A stretch of DNA of 64,000 nucleotides from Haliotis rubra (taxonomy: Eukaryota), in the NCBI RefSeq assembly GCF_003918875.1, contig NW_025765400.1, positions 1 to 64,000 of the forward strand. Reading direction: 5' to 3'. Below the pieces are notes generated by a model that did no database searches, was not told the DNA's origin, and was given only the letters and a program-made list of their open reading frames with translations. Made by a program: the position numbers and the translations under genes. Positions 63,588-64,000 of the stretch are shown here, piece after piece. Numbering within the stretch: the stretch's first letter is position 1; the number at the start of each line of letters is the position of its first letter.

Positions 63588-63670
63588 TGAGTGAGTGAGT
63601 TAAAATTTAACGTCACATCGGCAATATTTCAGCCATATCGTGACGAAAACCCATGTTTTGTGAGTGAGTG
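63588..63670 (-). mobile_element. Short LINE 3'-end insertion
   Basis: 14-bp TSD cctaagttcatcag. Confidence 0.85.
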
Positions 63671-64000
63671 CCTAAGTTCATCAGACAACCTGCTGTCAAT
63701 TGATACGTTGGCTGGATTCCCTGTTTCAGTGTCAATCCATTGGACCCTCAATTCTAGTAAAGGCATTGTCAGAGATAGAGATCATCTTTTAGAGGACATG
63801 ACAGAACGTGAAACGATTTACGAGGCGTCAGAACTCAGAAGTGGTTCCAAACAACACGTACCTGTTCTCATTTGTGTCTCCATCGGCACCAAGATCAATA
63901 AAAGCAGGATATTGTAATCTTCAAGTTGAACTGTATATAATCCGTTGTAAATCCAAAAGTTTGGTCGGATAAATTCATGCTCAAACCTCAATAAAAGCAG

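Overview
Eukaryotic, repeat-dense genomic DNA with spliceosomal introns. The (ACTC)n-tailed SINE/LINE families suggest a mollusc, probably a gastropod such as abalone (inference). The main result is missed by the ORF track because it is split into micro-exons: a tandem cluster of four minus-strand, three-exon genes (22327-25778, 37916-39895, 47886-50735, 58084-59618). Each encodes a small secreted prepropeptide (60-70 aa; copy 2 reads 128 aa as assembled because of a 1-nt insertion): a conserved 20-aa signal peptide, a short pro-region ending in an R-x-[TS]-R site (deleted in copy 3), and ONE variable core ending GF-x-[GS]-[GS]-L followed by basic residues. That C-terminus resembles molluscan buccalin/allatostatin-A neuropeptides, but the peptides are single-copy and lack the amidation Gly. 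The rest is nested transposable elements: a full-length BEL/Pao LTR element inside an RNase H-bearing I/Nimb-type LINE that lies head-to-tail with a second copy; a complete PIF/Harbinger element with intron-containing transposase and Myb genes; a second I/Nimb LINE with many short 3'-end insertions; Kolobok-, Mutator-, Ginger-, Tc1-, Penelope- and Helentron-like elements; SINEs and minisatellites. A degenerate intron-containing SGNH esterase gene lies at the left edge. Part of 1.7-2.5 kb looks like a chimeric assembly consensus, so isolated frameshifts in this window should be treated with caution. All alignments and counts were done by eye.
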